This document shows positions 12,153-21,477 of a DNA stretch of 64,000 nucleotides, in pieces. The notes beneath the pieces were generated by a model. It made no database searches and had not been told where the DNA came from. It saw only the letters and a list, made by a program, of their open reading frames with translations. The stretch comes from Candidatus Eiseniibacteriota bacterium. Its GTDB lineage: Bacteria; Eisenbacteria; RBG-16-71-46; CAIMUX01. A program made the position numbers and the translations under genes. Within the stretch, counting starts at the first letter, position 1. The number at the start of each line of letters is the position of its first letter. The stretch spans positions 155,119 through 219,118 of the forward strand of contig JACKCR010000009.1 of the NCBI GenBank assembly GCA_020633975.1, read 5' to 3'.

Positions 12153-13643
12153 CTACAAGAGGAAGATCAGCGTCACGATTGCGAACAGCGGGAACAGGAT
12201 GAGAGCCGACCAACCCATGTAGCCGAAGAAGCTCGGCATGGACAGTCGTCGCTCCTCGCAGATCGACTTGACCATGAAGTTCGGCGCGTTGCCGATGTAG
12301 GTGTTCGCGCCCATGAAGACCGCGCCGAGGCTGATCGCCTTGAGGATCTCGACGCCCTCCGGATGCTGAACGAGGTGGAGCAGGGAGTCCGGTCCACCGC
12401 CGGGCAGCCCGAGTACGCCGAGCCCGAGTGACGTGAAGGTCAGGTAGGTCGGTGCGTTGTCGAGGAACGAAGAGAGCAAACCGGTGAGCCAGAAGAACTG
12501 CCACGGATGCTCCACGCCCAGAGCCTCGCCGTTCGCTTCCAGAAGCACCAGTGCCGGGACGACGGTGACGAAGATTCCGGCGAAGAGGATGGCGACCTCG
12601 TTGATCGGGAAGAACGTGAACCGGTTTGCGAGGTGGAGATGCCGAGGCGTCATCTTGTACGAGACCACGGCGATGGCGAACATCGCGAGGGCGCGCCACG
12701 GCATCGGGATGAAGACCGAGCCGATGATACCGAGGACGAGGATCAGGTTGCGCTTGCCCCGGAGCTCGAGCGGGTTGACCCGCTCCACGTCGGCCCGCAT
12801 CGCGGCCGCCGTCTCCTTCTTCACCTGAACCGTGTCCCAGACATAGAAGACGGCGAGGAGGAGTCCGATCATGACGAGCCACTCGGGGAGCAGGTGAAGC
12901 GTCCATGTGAACGGCACACCGCGGAGGTAGCCCAGGAAGAGGGGAGGATCTCCCAACGGAGTCAGGCATCCGCCGATGTTGCTGACGACGAAGATGAAGA
13001 AGATCGGCAGGTGCTTGATGTTGTTTCGCTCGGAGTTCGTCTTCAGGAACGGACGGATCAGCAACATGCTCGCGCCAGTGGTCCCGATGAAGTTCGCCAG
13101 GATTGCACCGACGGCCAGGAACGCCGTGTTGATTCGGGGAGTTGCGCGGAGGTCACCAGAGAGGACGATTCCGCCGGACACGACGAACAGACTCCCGAGC
13201 AGCGCGATGAAAGCGACGTACTCGTACATGCTGTGGAGCAGCTCGTGTCGGCCGGGGCCCCAAAGCGCGATAGCGATCGGGAGAGACAGACCGAAGCTGA
13301 CGATGGCCCGGTTGCGGAGTTGCTCCCACCAATGATGCGCCACCAACGGAAGGACGGCGATCGAGAGAAGGAGGAGGACGAACGGGACCACCGTGTACCA
13401 GGGAAGTGAGGCCGCGAGACTTCCGTGTCCGGCGGCGGCATGGGCGGCTTCCGTAGCCGCGTGGGTCGCTTCCTCTACTGCGTGCCCGTCCTGAGCGAAG
13501 ACGATCTTGGCCTGGCTCGAGAAGAGGCCGAGCGCGAGCAGAGCGCCGAGTCTGGTCCCCATCGTGGTGAAGAGAGCATGGGCAGCGGTGTGGAGCTCGA
13601 GAAGGCGGGGATGCTGGCGGCCGGCGGATCCTGTATTGGTCAT
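12153..13643 (-). CDS. ArsB/NhaD-superfamily ion permease (NhaD-like Na+/H+ antiporter or YbiR-like)
   Basis: About 11 TM segments and the repeated-half motifs FLDNAPTYLTF and ANTYIGNAPNFMV. Start ambiguous: track ORF runs to 13733; ATG at 13643 (weak SD) or 13562. The N-terminal region encodes a signal-like peptide and a His-rich stretch GHAVEEATHAATEAAHAAAGHG. Confidence 0.72.
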   Translation of the reverse strand: MTNTGSAGRQHPRLLELHTAAHALFTTMGTRLGALLALGLFSSQAKIVFAQDGHAVEEATHAATEAAHAAAGHGSLAASLPWYTVVPFVLLLLSIAVLPLVAHHWWEQLRNRAIVSFGLSLPIAIALWGPGRHELLHSMYEYVAFIALLGSLFVVSGGIVLSGDLRATPRINTAFLAVGAILANFIGTTGASMLLIRPFLKTNSERNNIKHLPIFFIFVVSNIGGCLTPLGDPPLFLGYLRGVPFTWTLHLLPEWLVMIGLLLAVFYVWDTVQVKKETAAAMRADVERVNPLELRGKRNLILVLGIIGSVFIPMPWRALAMFAIAVVSYKMTPRHLHLANRFTFFPINEVAILFAGIFVTVVPALVLLEANGEALGVEHPWQFFWLTGLLSSFLDNAPTYLTFTSLGLGVLGLPGGGPDSLLHLVQHPEGVEILKAISLGAVFMGANTYIGNAPNFMVKSICEERRLSMPSFFGYMGWSALILFPLFAIVTLIFLL

Positions 13644-13761
13644 CGAGACATCCTGTCCGAAGGTCGAGAACACGAGAGATTCATCGAGACATTCCCGAAC
13701 GGCGGAAGGATAGTGCGATCCTTCGCACGCCACAACGACTTAGGTTAGTGGCCGCGAAGAG

Positions 13762-14754
13762 TCACGGCCCGGGACGGGCGAAGGTCTCGTTGAATGCGAG
13801 GGTCGCCGCCGGGTCGTCGTCGAGACTCCAGTTCGGCTCACCTTCCCTAGACTTGTCCAGGGAGAACCATATCGCGGCGCGGATCTCGGGCCGGCGGGAG
13901 ATGAACGCGTGGGCGTCGCGGATCCAGGAAGCGCGCTGTCCGGGCCGGCCAGGAGCACACCCGAACTCTGCGATCATGACCGGCTTTTCCGGACAATGAT
14001 CGGCAAGCTCGTCCAGCCCCGGAGTGAACACCTCCTCGAACGATTCCCAACGATGCCACTCCGAGTGTTCGTCGCCGAAGTTGTAGCCGTCCAGCGCGAC
14101 CCAGTCGACGAACTCGTCACCCGGATAGTACGCGGCGATCCGGTTCCACAGCTCCCGCGGGATGCTGATCGCATTCGGAGACCAGACCCAGACGACGTTC
14201 GTGGCGCCTTCCTCTTCGAAGATCCGGTGAGCCCGTCGCCAAGCGCGGATGAACAGGTCCGGGTGTCCGCCCCAGCCGAACCAGTCCCCGTTCATCTCGA
14301 AGCCGAACCGAAGATAGACGGGACTCCCGAACGCCAAGGCATCCTGGGCCCATTCCCGGAAGAACGAGTCGAACTCACCGTCCGCGATCCGCGGAAGGTA
14401 GTTCTCGTGCGCACCCCAATCCCAGAGCTCCAGACTTACGATCGGAGTCGCGCGCCGGGAGCGGATCGTCTCGCAGCCTCGGAAGGGAAATCCTCGGCCT
14501 AGATCCCGATAGAACATGACGAAGTCCGGCTCGGACGCGAGCGGCTCCAAGGAACGGGAGAGCATCTCGTCATAGTGACGGCCCCAGTAGATTTGGTAGA
14601 TCCCCCACTCGAGTTCTCGAGGTGGACTCCCTTCGGCGGAGTGGTTCTGACGTGAGCCGGTGTCTCCCGAGGAGTCGACACAGCCACAGAGCGTCGCGAT
14701 CCCGACGAGCGCGACTAGACAGATCGCGATCGCGCGCAGCCCCGAATCACGCAC
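13762..14754 (-). CDS. Glycoside hydrolase family 26 (beta-mannanase-like) lipoprotein
   Basis: Lipobox LCGC. GH26-type motifs WVWSPN and the catalytic MIAEFG context. Family-level call only. Confidence 0.7.
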   Translation of the reverse strand: MRDSGLRAIAICLVALVGIATLCGCVDSSGDTGSRQNHSAEGSPPRELEWGIYQIYWGRHYDEMLSRSLEPLASEPDFVMFYRDLGRGFPFRGCETIRSRRATPIVSLELWDWGAHENYLPRIADGEFDSFFREWAQDALAFGSPVYLRFGFEMNGDWFGWGGHPDLFIRAWRRAHRIFEEEGATNVVWVWSPNAISIPRELWNRIAAYYPGDEFVDWVALDGYNFGDEHSEWHRWESFEEVFTPGLDELADHCPEKPVMIAEFGCAPGRPGQRASWIRDAHAFISRRPEIRAAIWFSLDKSREGEPNWSLDDDPAATLAFNETFARPGP

Positions 14755-14793
14755 GTTGAAGCGCCTCAGCTCGACACCGATTGCCGGATCAAG

Positions 14794-15690
14794 CTAGTGA
14801 ACCCGCTTCAGCTGCACGGCGAGGAAGTCCCAGTCGATCATTTCGAGGAACTTGTCGATGTAGTCGTCCCGACGGTGCCCGTAGTCCGGGTAGTAGGCAT
14901 GCTCGTGGAGGTCGAGAGCGAGGAGCGGCGCGGACCCGAGAAGGAACGGACCTGCATCTCCCTCGATGTTGACGACGAGAAGACGGCTCGAGTTCGGCTC
15001 CCACACCAGCGTCGTCCATCCCGACTCCGAGACCGCGCGCGCCATGGAGCGTAGCTGTGAGCGGAACGCATCCGTCGATCCGAAGTGATCGACGATGTGC
15101 GTGGCCACGTCGCCTGTCGGGTCGCCCGCGGTGTAGGGACTGACGGAGTGCCAGAAGAGGGAGTGGAGGACATGACCGGAGATGGCACGGGTCAGTTCGT
15201 CGCTGTACCCAGGGATGAGATCGAACGTCTTCTCCGCTCGGGCCTTGGCGAGCAGCTCGAGTAGTTCGTTCGCTCGATCGACCTGGGGACGGTGATGGAA
15301 TCGGTAGTGAGACTCCAACGATTCCTGAGAGAGGAACCCCTTGAGGGCAGTGAAGTCGTAGGGAAGAGCCCCCTGGTAGAACTTGTTCGGGCTGTGGGCC
15401 GATGCCCGTCGTGCTCCGAAGGGGACGATTCCCAGCCCGACGAGTCCGCTCCCGATCGCCGCGAGCGCGGAGCGTCGCGTCAGTCCTTCGCCCCAACGCA
15501 CGGGCGGGCCAGCGGCTGAACGAACGTCACCTAGCTCGCCATCACCCGGCAGACCGTCCCCGCCGAGACCGATGTCTGACGGGCCGTCGTCCCGCCGGCA
15601 AGCGAGGACCTCAGTGGTTTCGGAATGAACGATCTCGGGGCGGTTGCCCTGGGCTTCACTTCCGTAGCGCGGATCGGGAGGATTCTTCAT
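14794..15690 (-). CDS. Fe/Mn superoxide dismutase with a twin-arginine signal and a long N-terminal extension
   Basis: LPYDFTALKGF...HHRPQV...HSLFWHSVSP...DLHEHAYYPDYGHRRDDYIDKF are canonical Fe/Mn-SOD motifs. TRRSALAAIGSGLVGLGI is a Tat motif about 70 aa into the ORF, so the true start is uncertain. Confidence 0.85.
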   Translation of the reverse strand: MKNPPDPRYGSEAQGNRPEIVHSETTEVLACRRDDGPSDIGLGGDGLPGDGELGDVRSAAGPPVRWGEGLTRRSALAAIGSGLVGLGIVPFGARRASAHSPNKFYQGALPYDFTALKGFLSQESLESHYRFHHRPQVDRANELLELLAKARAEKTFDLIPGYSDELTRAISGHVLHSLFWHSVSPYTAGDPTGDVATHIVDHFGSTDAFRSQLRSMARAVSESGWTTLVWEPNSSRLLVVNIEGDAGPFLLGSAPLLALDLHEHAYYPDYGHRRDDYIDKFLEMIDWDFLAVQLKRVH

Positions 15691-15755
15691 TCTTCCTATC
15701 TCATATCATATCAGAGTGTTATGGGAGCAACTCAGGCCTGGCTGTGCCGATCGAG

Positions 15756-16556
15756 CTAGGAACGGCGATGGAACTGGCGCTTGATCGATCCCCACGTGCT
15801 TGGGAGTACCGGCTCGAGCCCGCACGGTTCTGCGAGAATCCCGATTCCGAGTGCCGTGACCCCGGGAAACGCGACGGAGGTTTCCTGCCACCCGGAAGGG
15901 AATCCCAGCCCGGGTGTGATCAGGGTGAGGCCCGCCGTACCGAAGCCGTCCTGGTCCGCGCCGACGAATGCGCCCGCCGGCCCGTTCGCCCAGTTGCCCC
16001 AAAACCCGGCCCACGCAGCGCCGCCAGTGAGTTGCTGGCAGCGTACCGGCGGATCGATTGCGAGAACGGCCCTCGAGAACTCCGGCCACGCCGACGAGAC
16101 CTCGAGAGACACGCCCGTCTCCAGATGAACGACGACACCAGGAAGACTACCCTCTGCCTCGTCCCAAACGTAGACGTCGACCAGCGCCGAACCGGCGCGG
16201 GCGCCCCGGGCCACAAGCGCAGGCGGTGCCCCGGTCACATCCAAGACCAGTCCGGAAATGACCGACGTGGTCGACTCCGGGAAGCGGACGGCGAATGCTC
16301 CGTAGTCAGGTAGGGCGGCCCCTTCGTACTGCCATGCGATCGCGTTCTCGTACGTGCCGTCACCGCGAAGGATCACTTCCGGATCGCCTGCAGTTGCAGC
16401 GGTGGGCACGAGGCCCGTCAACGCGCCGATCCCGACAGTCAACGCCACGCTCATAGCGACACCCATCCGCATGCCCGCTCCGACGTGCATTGCCACACGT
16501 GCCGCTACGCTCATCGTCACGCGGATCGCGACATCCCTCGCTACGCCCATCGTCAT
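15756..16556 (-). CDS. Secreted hypothetical protein with a repetitive RVAM-rich N-terminal region
   Basis: Track ORF 15756..16784. Candidate starts at 16556 or 16454 (MSVALTVGIGALTGLVPTAATA looks like a signal peptide). I recognise no family. The N-terminus is encoded by a degenerate 18-20 bp tandem repeat. Confidence 0.4.
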   Translation of the reverse strand: MTMGVARDVAIRVTMSVAARVAMHVGAGMRMGVAMSVALTVGIGALTGLVPTAATAGDPEVILRGDGTYENAIAWQYEGAALPDYGAFAVRFPESTTSVISGLVLDVTGAPPALVARGARAGSALVDVYVWDEAEGSLPGVVVHLETGVSLEVSSAWPEFSRAVLAIDPPVRCQQLTGGAAWAGFWGNWANGPAGAFVGADQDGFGTAGLTLITPGLGFPSGWQETSVAFPGVTALGIGILAEPCGLEPVLPSTWGSIKRQFHRRS

Positions 16557-16597
16557 GCGCCGCCCGAGTTCGGTCCGCCGATGTTGCACCGGACGGA

Positions 16598-17986
16598 TCA
16601 TGACGGCCGGTCCTGCACGTGGAGCGTCAGGAGATCCCCGACTGCCGCGCCTCTCGCGATGCAGTCTTCGATTGTGACGTCGGACCAGCGGTCTCTCAGG
16701 GTTGCGTCCACTTGGTCGAGGATCTGGTCCACGCCGAGGTCCCTTCGACCGGAACGGGGCACGTGTCCCTTGTCGACGATGCACGCGACGACTTCGTACA
16801 CCGTGATCCGCTCGGGGGAGCGGGCGGGAGCGATCCCACCGTCTTTGGGCGTCTGGACGACGTGGACGATGCCACCATCGGTGAGGATCTCTGCAACCTG
16901 TCGGACGAGACGGAGCGGGAGGCTGAGGCTACGCGAAATCTCCACGAGTTCCGGCGCTGGCCGTTCCTCGCGATAGCGGCGACACGCTTCGAATACGAGA
17001 TGCAGTGCGACTCGGATCCGCTCGCGCAGGCTCACCGTTCCCGCGAGTTCCTCTTCGCGGATGTCGTCCACGGCATCTTGAGCGAACGTGAGCTGGGCGC
17101 CGAACAACACCACGGCCCAGCTGATGAACACCCAGAGAAAGAAGAGCGGAAGCGCCGCAAGCGGGCCGTAGATCGCGTTGTAGTGAGTCGCACTCTTGAG
17201 GTAGGTCGCGAATCCGATCTTCGAGATCTCCCAGATCACGGCAGCAGCCAATCCCGCCGGGAGCGCGGCGCGGATCCGCACTTTGACGTGCGGCATGATC
17301 GTGTAGAGAAGCGTGAGTGCGATCCCGGTGAGGACTACCGGCAGGAACTGGAAGAGCAGTGTGAGGAGCCGGTCCCCGTTTGGAAAGAAGTCGAGCCAGC
17401 CACGGAGTAAGGTCGACGACTGGAGACTCGCGGTGAGAGAGAGGGAGACACCGATCAGGATCGGGCTCGAGACGATGAGTGTCGTGTAGGTGGAGAGTCT
17501 CTGGAAGAAGGAGCGTCCACGATGCACTCCCCAGATGTCATTGAACGCGCTCTCGATCGAGGAGAGCAGTCCCAGGACACCGCCGGCGAGGAGTAGCACC
17601 GAGATCCCGCTGAATGCGCCACCCTTGATGTCTTCCAGGAGGCCACCGATCCATGCCTCCATCGCCTCTTGGTGCACGGGCATGATGTTCTCGAGCATCC
17701 AGGTCTCTACCTTGGACTCGAGATTCGGCAGTCCACCGAAGGCACGAAAGACGGTGAATGCTACGACGAGGAGAGGCACGAGCGACAGAAGCGTCGTGTA
17801 CGTCATCGCGGACGCACGAAGGGCGAGGTTTCCCGACGTAATCCCTTTGACCACGATGATTCCGACGCGGAGTTGGCGTAGCGCGAACGCCTCGATCCAG
17901 GGGCGGCCGGATAGCTCCTGCTCCCAGACCTGATCCTGAAGGAACCGTCGGGTGGTCTCGATCGATCGACGCACTCTGTCCACCAT
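16598..17986 (-). CDS. YihY/BrkB (ribonuclease BN-like) family inner-membrane protein with an approximately 170-aa cytoplasmic C-terminal extension
   Basis: Six TM helices plus YihY family conservation (GISVLLLAGGVLGLLSSIESAFNDIWGV, YGPLAALPLFFLWVFISW). The C-terminal domain is not assigned. Confidence 0.8.
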   Translation of the reverse strand: MVDRVRRSIETTRRFLQDQVWEQELSGRPWIEAFALRQLRVGIIVVKGITSGNLALRASAMTYTTLLSLVPLLVVAFTVFRAFGGLPNLESKVETWMLENIMPVHQEAMEAWIGGLLEDIKGGAFSGISVLLLAGGVLGLLSSIESAFNDIWGVHRGRSFFQRLSTYTTLIVSSPILIGVSLSLTASLQSSTLLRGWLDFFPNGDRLLTLLFQFLPVVLTGIALTLLYTIMPHVKVRIRAALPAGLAAAVIWEISKIGFATYLKSATHYNAIYGPLAALPLFFLWVFISWAVVLFGAQLTFAQDAVDDIREEELAGTVSLRERIRVALHLVFEACRRYREERPAPELVEISRSLSLPLRLVRQVAEILTDGGIVHVVQTPKDGGIAPARSPERITVYEVVACIVDKGHVPRSGRRDLGVDQILDQVDATLRDRWSDVTIEDCIARGAAVGDLLTLHVQDRPS

Positions 17987-18089
17987 TGCGCGATTCTAAC
18001 CGATCGGATCGTCTACGGTAAGGACCGGGACGTCCCCGGCCCGGATGGCGTCGTCCGAGGCCAACCCTACGGCCAGGCCCAGCAACGGC

Positions 18090-18200
18090 GAGGCGGTTGC
18101 CCGGCCGAACAAGACAGCCCGCTTCGCTCGAACGACGAGCGGGATGCGTGCCGAGCGGGACAGCCCGCTTCGCTCGAAAGGCGAGCGGGTTGCGTGACTG
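18090..18200. repeat. About 2.5 tandem copies of a 38-bp hairpin-forming unit (GACAGCCCGCTTCGCTCGAAnGnCGAGCGGGnTGCGTG) lying between the 3' end of the receiver gene and the YihY start
   Basis: Unit 1 at 18113-18150 and unit 2 at 18159-18196, about 90% identical. Each holds the inverted repeat CCCGCT...AGCGGG. A partial copy sits at 18090-18105. Confidence 0.55.
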
Positions 18201-18202
18201 AA

Positions 18203-19297
18203 CTAGACGGCGCGCCTTCGCTTGGATGGCGGGACAGACTGGCCGAGCCACCGCATGCAAACGGAGTAGAGCAGCGAACGACGGATCGGCTTCTCCAGGA
18301 TCGTGTCGACCAGGGCCGTCGACGGGTCCAGTGAGTCGGACACCAGACCAATGATCCGGGCGTCCGGACAGGCGGCTCTGAGGAAGAGGACCAGTTCGTT
18401 CGGATCCGCGTGGGGAAGCTCGAGGTCCAGGAAGATCAGCTCGAACTCGCGAGACGACGTCACGAGCATCGTTTCCGTCACGTTCTCTACGACAGTGACG
18501 TCGGCGCCGGCAACGTGGAGGAGCTTTCCGACCACGCGCTGAATCATCGAAGAGCTCTCCGCGAGCAGCACCCTTCCCTGACACTGAGAGAACCGGTTCT
18601 GTCGGCTTCGTGGAGATGCTTTGTCCGCGAACATGAACTCTGACACGAACTCTTGGACCGAGTCCTCGAAGCGGCTTCCCATGCCCAGGACCGTGTCCGG
18701 GCGGTAGAAGCTCAGATCCATGAGTCTCGGATCTTGGGGCGTGATCACTGCAATCGGGATCGATCGGCTCGACGGGCATGCCTTGAGAGCTGCGATCAAC
18801 GATGGCGCGTGCAGCGGTTCGAACTCGAGACCTGTGAAGACGAACGTCGGGCGATGGACCTCGACTCCCTCGAGAGCGCCCGAGAGGCTACTCGTCTCGA
18901 CTACGGTGAACTCACCCGTGAGTGCAGTGCTCAGTCGTTGGACTGTCTCGCTCGGGAGGAAGGCTGAGAGTGCGAGCTGGACCCGCGGACCAGCGCTTCG
19001 CTCCCTTCCGGCCGTACCGACTCTGATGATCTCAGCCTGTCCGCGTGGATCGGTCCTGGAACCGGAGTCACCGGACTCTGGCGCGTCGGAGTCTGCCACG
19101 GAAGTGGGACTCTCAGGCCCCTTGCCTTCCGCCTCCTTCGGGATTCTGACCGGTGGATCGAAGGTCCCAGCTCGACGCAAGTCTTCGAGTGCGGGTGGAA
19201 GCGAATCGGAGTTGTGGCGGAGCTTCCGGACGAAGCTCTCCAACTCCTGCTGATCCCAGACCTTTCTCTCGATCCGATTGTCCTCGGGCTTTGCCAT
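18203..19297 (-). CDS. Orphan response-regulator receiver protein (C-terminal REC domain, degenerate N-terminal REC-like domain, no output domain)
   Basis: C-terminal VLLAESSSMIQRV...LIFLDLELPHADPNELV...ARIIGLVSD fits the REC fold with the phospho-acceptor Asp in FLDLELP. No histidine kinase is adjacent. Confidence 0.7.
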   Translation of the reverse strand: MAKPEDNRIERKVWDQQELESFVRKLRHNSDSLPPALEDLRRAGTFDPPVRIPKEAEGKGPESPTSVADSDAPESGDSGSRTDPRGQAEIIRVGTAGRERSAGPRVQLALSAFLPSETVQRLSTALTGEFTVVETSSLSGALEGVEVHRPTFVFTGLEFEPLHAPSLIAALKACPSSRSIPIAVITPQDPRLMDLSFYRPDTVLGMGSRFEDSVQEFVSEFMFADKASPRSRQNRFSQCQGRVLLAESSSMIQRVVGKLLHVAGADVTVVENVTETMLVTSSREFELIFLDLELPHADPNELVLFLRAACPDARIIGLVSDSLDPSTALVDTILEKPIRRSLLYSVCMRWLGQSVPPSKRRRAV

Positions 19298-19402
19298 TTC
19301 CTCATCATCGGCCCGGAATTCGGGGTTCTTGACGGCGGGTCTGGTGGCTCCGGATCTCCGCGGCTATACTGCGCGACGAACGGGGCAGGAGGACGCTACA
19401 GC

Positions 19403-21439
19403 ATGCACCCCCAGGAAGCCCAAGTCGCCGGGAGCCACAACCCCATACCCAGTCACCCAGGTCGGAGCAACGAACCGCTCCATTCCGCTGGCCCTCGAGG
19501 AGCTACCGGTCGTTCCGGTGCGCGGATCGCTCGCGGAATCGTCGTCCTCTGCACCCTCCTGGTCATGGCGGCGTGCGGCGGAGGAGATGACTCGCCGACG
19601 TCGGTGAACTCCGCGCCCGAGATCCTTCAGATCACGTTGGAAAAGCTCGCCGTCGCTCAGGGCGAAGAGATCTCGATCTCGTGCATGGCGGAAGATCCCG
19701 ACAACGATCCGTTGACCTACGTATGGAGCGCAGACGTTGGCGAGTTCCTCGGCGATGACGACGTGGCGGATGTCGACTGGCGTGCCCCTGAAGCATACGA
19801 AGGCGACGCCACGATCACGGTGGTGGTGACGGACGGATCGAGTGAGAGTGATCCACGCCACGTGACGGTCGATGTCCAGGCAGAGAGCGGAACCTTGACC
19901 GGAACGATCACCCAGACGGGCACGTCCGACGTGCTCGAAGGGGTAACGGTTGCGATCGGCCAGCTCAGTGCGCAAACGAGCGCGGACGGTACGTACGAGA
20001 TCGAAGGGATTCCGCTCGGAAACCACGATGCCGCCGCGAGCCTTGCCGGGTTCGTGACGAATACGCGGAGTATCGAGATCAAGAACGGTCCGAACGAGCT
20101 CAACTTCACGCTGACTCCCGAAGCAGACATGGGCACGATCACGGGCCGGGTAACGAACTCGAGAGGCGAACCGGTCGTCGGTGCGGTCTGTAGAATCTCG
20201 AGTCGCGACCTTCAGACGGAGACGGGATCGGACGGTCGCTACTCACTCGGGCCGATGCCCCAAGGTCCGTTCAACCTCCAGGTCACGCGGCCGGGATACA
20301 TCCTCTTCAGCAGGTCGCATGAACTCTCGAGCACGGAGCAGGTGCTCGATGTCGCGCTCACCACCGCGGTTCCCGGGTCGCCCACCAACGTCGTCGTAAC
20401 CCGATCAGGGACCACGATGACGCTCACGTGGGACGCACCGGATGGTGACACGATCGACGGCTATCATCTCTACTGGAACATCGACGCCACCACGACCGAA
20501 GAAGTGCCCGGCGGACTCCTTGGCTCGGAAACCACTTCGTTCACGATCAGCGGGACCGAGCACCACCTCTATCGGTTCATCGTCTTTGCGATCGACATCG
20601 AGGGACGAGAGGGTGGTGCAAACGGGATCTCGAACGCGGTCGTGCTCTCCGAACTCTCGAACCTGGTCGACATTCCCGCGGGCCAGGTCGTCATGGGAGA
20701 GTGGGTGCCCGGCGAAGACGCCCCGCTGACGAGCGAGCACGCTGGAAACCCGGTTTCGGTGGGAGCCTTCCAGATCGAAGAGAACGAGGTGACGAACCAA
20801 CAGTTCTACACGTTCCTTTGGGAAGCGACCTCGTCCGGGTTCGCCAGCATGACGAGTACGGAAGTGCTGGAGAACGGCAACCAGTTGATCCTCTTCGGAG
20901 TCAGTAAGATCAAGCTCGAAGGAAACATCTTCAAGCTGCCCGAGGAGTACCAGGACCATCCGGTCACGGGAGTCACCTGGTTTGGGGCCGAGGCGTATGC
21001 CCGCTTCTACGGACGCAGACTGCCGACTGAAGCGGAGTGGGAGCGGGCGGCGCGCGGTTCGTCTACCACGTCAGGAACCTACGAGAATTCCGGTGTCGGA
21101 TACGGTACGCGTTATCCATGGGGCAACGACGCACCGACGACGACCCTGGCGAACTACGGCGAGTTGATCGGCCGGACGCGCGCGGTGAGATCACTCCCTG
21201 CCGGCGCGACGGTGCATTGGGGCGCTCCCGTCTACGAGATGGCCGGAAACGTCTGGGAGTGGTGTCAGGACTGGTCCGGTCCGTACACGAACCCTCATAC
21301 GCCGCCGTCTACCGGGACCCATCGCGTGCTCCGAGGCGGCAGTTATCATGACGAAGCGCAGAAGCTCGCCACGTGGGCGAGGTTCAAGCAGGACCCCGGA
21401 GTCACGAGCGTCTGGACCGGATTCCGCTGCGCGAACTGA
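19403..21439 (+). CDS. Multi-domain lipoprotein: PKD/Ig-like domain, three carboxypeptidase-regulatory-like domains, an FN3 domain and a C-terminal formylglycine-generating-enzyme (SUMF1/FGE) domain
   Basis: Lipobox LLVMAAC. C-terminal FGE-sulfatase signature (VTGVTWFGAEAYARFYGRRLPTEAEWERAARG...RVLRGGSY). The ATG at 19403 sits 9 nt after AGGAGGA; the track ORF starts at 19214. Confidence 0.75.
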   Translation: MHPQEAQVAGSHNPIPSHPGRSNEPLHSAGPRGATGRSGARIARGIVVLCTLLVMAACGGGDDSPTSVNSAPEILQITLEKLAVAQGEEISISCMAEDPDNDPLTYVWSADVGEFLGDDDVADVDWRAPEAYEGDATITVVVTDGSSESDPRHVTVDVQAESGTLTGTITQTGTSDVLEGVTVAIGQLSAQTSADGTYEIEGIPLGNHDAAASLAGFVTNTRSIEIKNGPNELNFTLTPEADMGTITGRVTNSRGEPVVGAVCRISSRDLQTETGSDGRYSLGPMPQGPFNLQVTRPGYILFSRSHELSSTEQVLDVALTTAVPGSPTNVVVTRSGTTMTLTWDAPDGDTIDGYHLYWNIDATTTEEVPGGLLGSETTSFTISGTEHHLYRFIVFAIDIEGREGGANGISNAVVLSELSNLVDIPAGQVVMGEWVPGEDAPLTSEHAGNPVSVGAFQIEENEVTNQQFYTFLWEATSSGFASMTSTEVLENGNQLILFGVSKIKLEGNIFKLPEEYQDHPVTGVTWFGAEAYARFYGRRLPTEAEWERAARGSSTTSGTYENSGVGYGTRYPWGNDAPTTTLANYGELIGRTRAVRSLPAGATVHWGAPVYEMAGNVWEWCQDWSGPYTNPHTPPSTGTHRVLRGGSYHDEAQKLATWARFKQDPGVTSVWTGFRCAN

Positions 21440-21452
21440 CCCGAAAACGGGA

Positions 21453-21477
21453 CGGGCCTGACATCCTGTCAGGCCCG
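21453..21477. terminator. Perfect 11-bp GC-rich stem-loop (CGGGCCTGACA tcc TGTCAGGCCCG) 14 nt after the FGE-gene stop, between convergent genes
   Basis: Read from the sequence. No U-tract, which is common in high-GC genomes. Could act as a bidirectional terminator. Confidence 0.5.

Noticed and set aside
17538-18779. 413-aa minus-strand ORF, and the 12507..13409 + (300 aa), 40163..40993 - (276 aa) and 50195..51262 - (355 aa) ORFs
   Set aside because: Alternative-frame or antisense overlaps of confidently assigned genes (receiver, ArsB-type permease, histidine kinase, czcA/lipoprotein). Composition is typical of GC-rich spurious ORFs.
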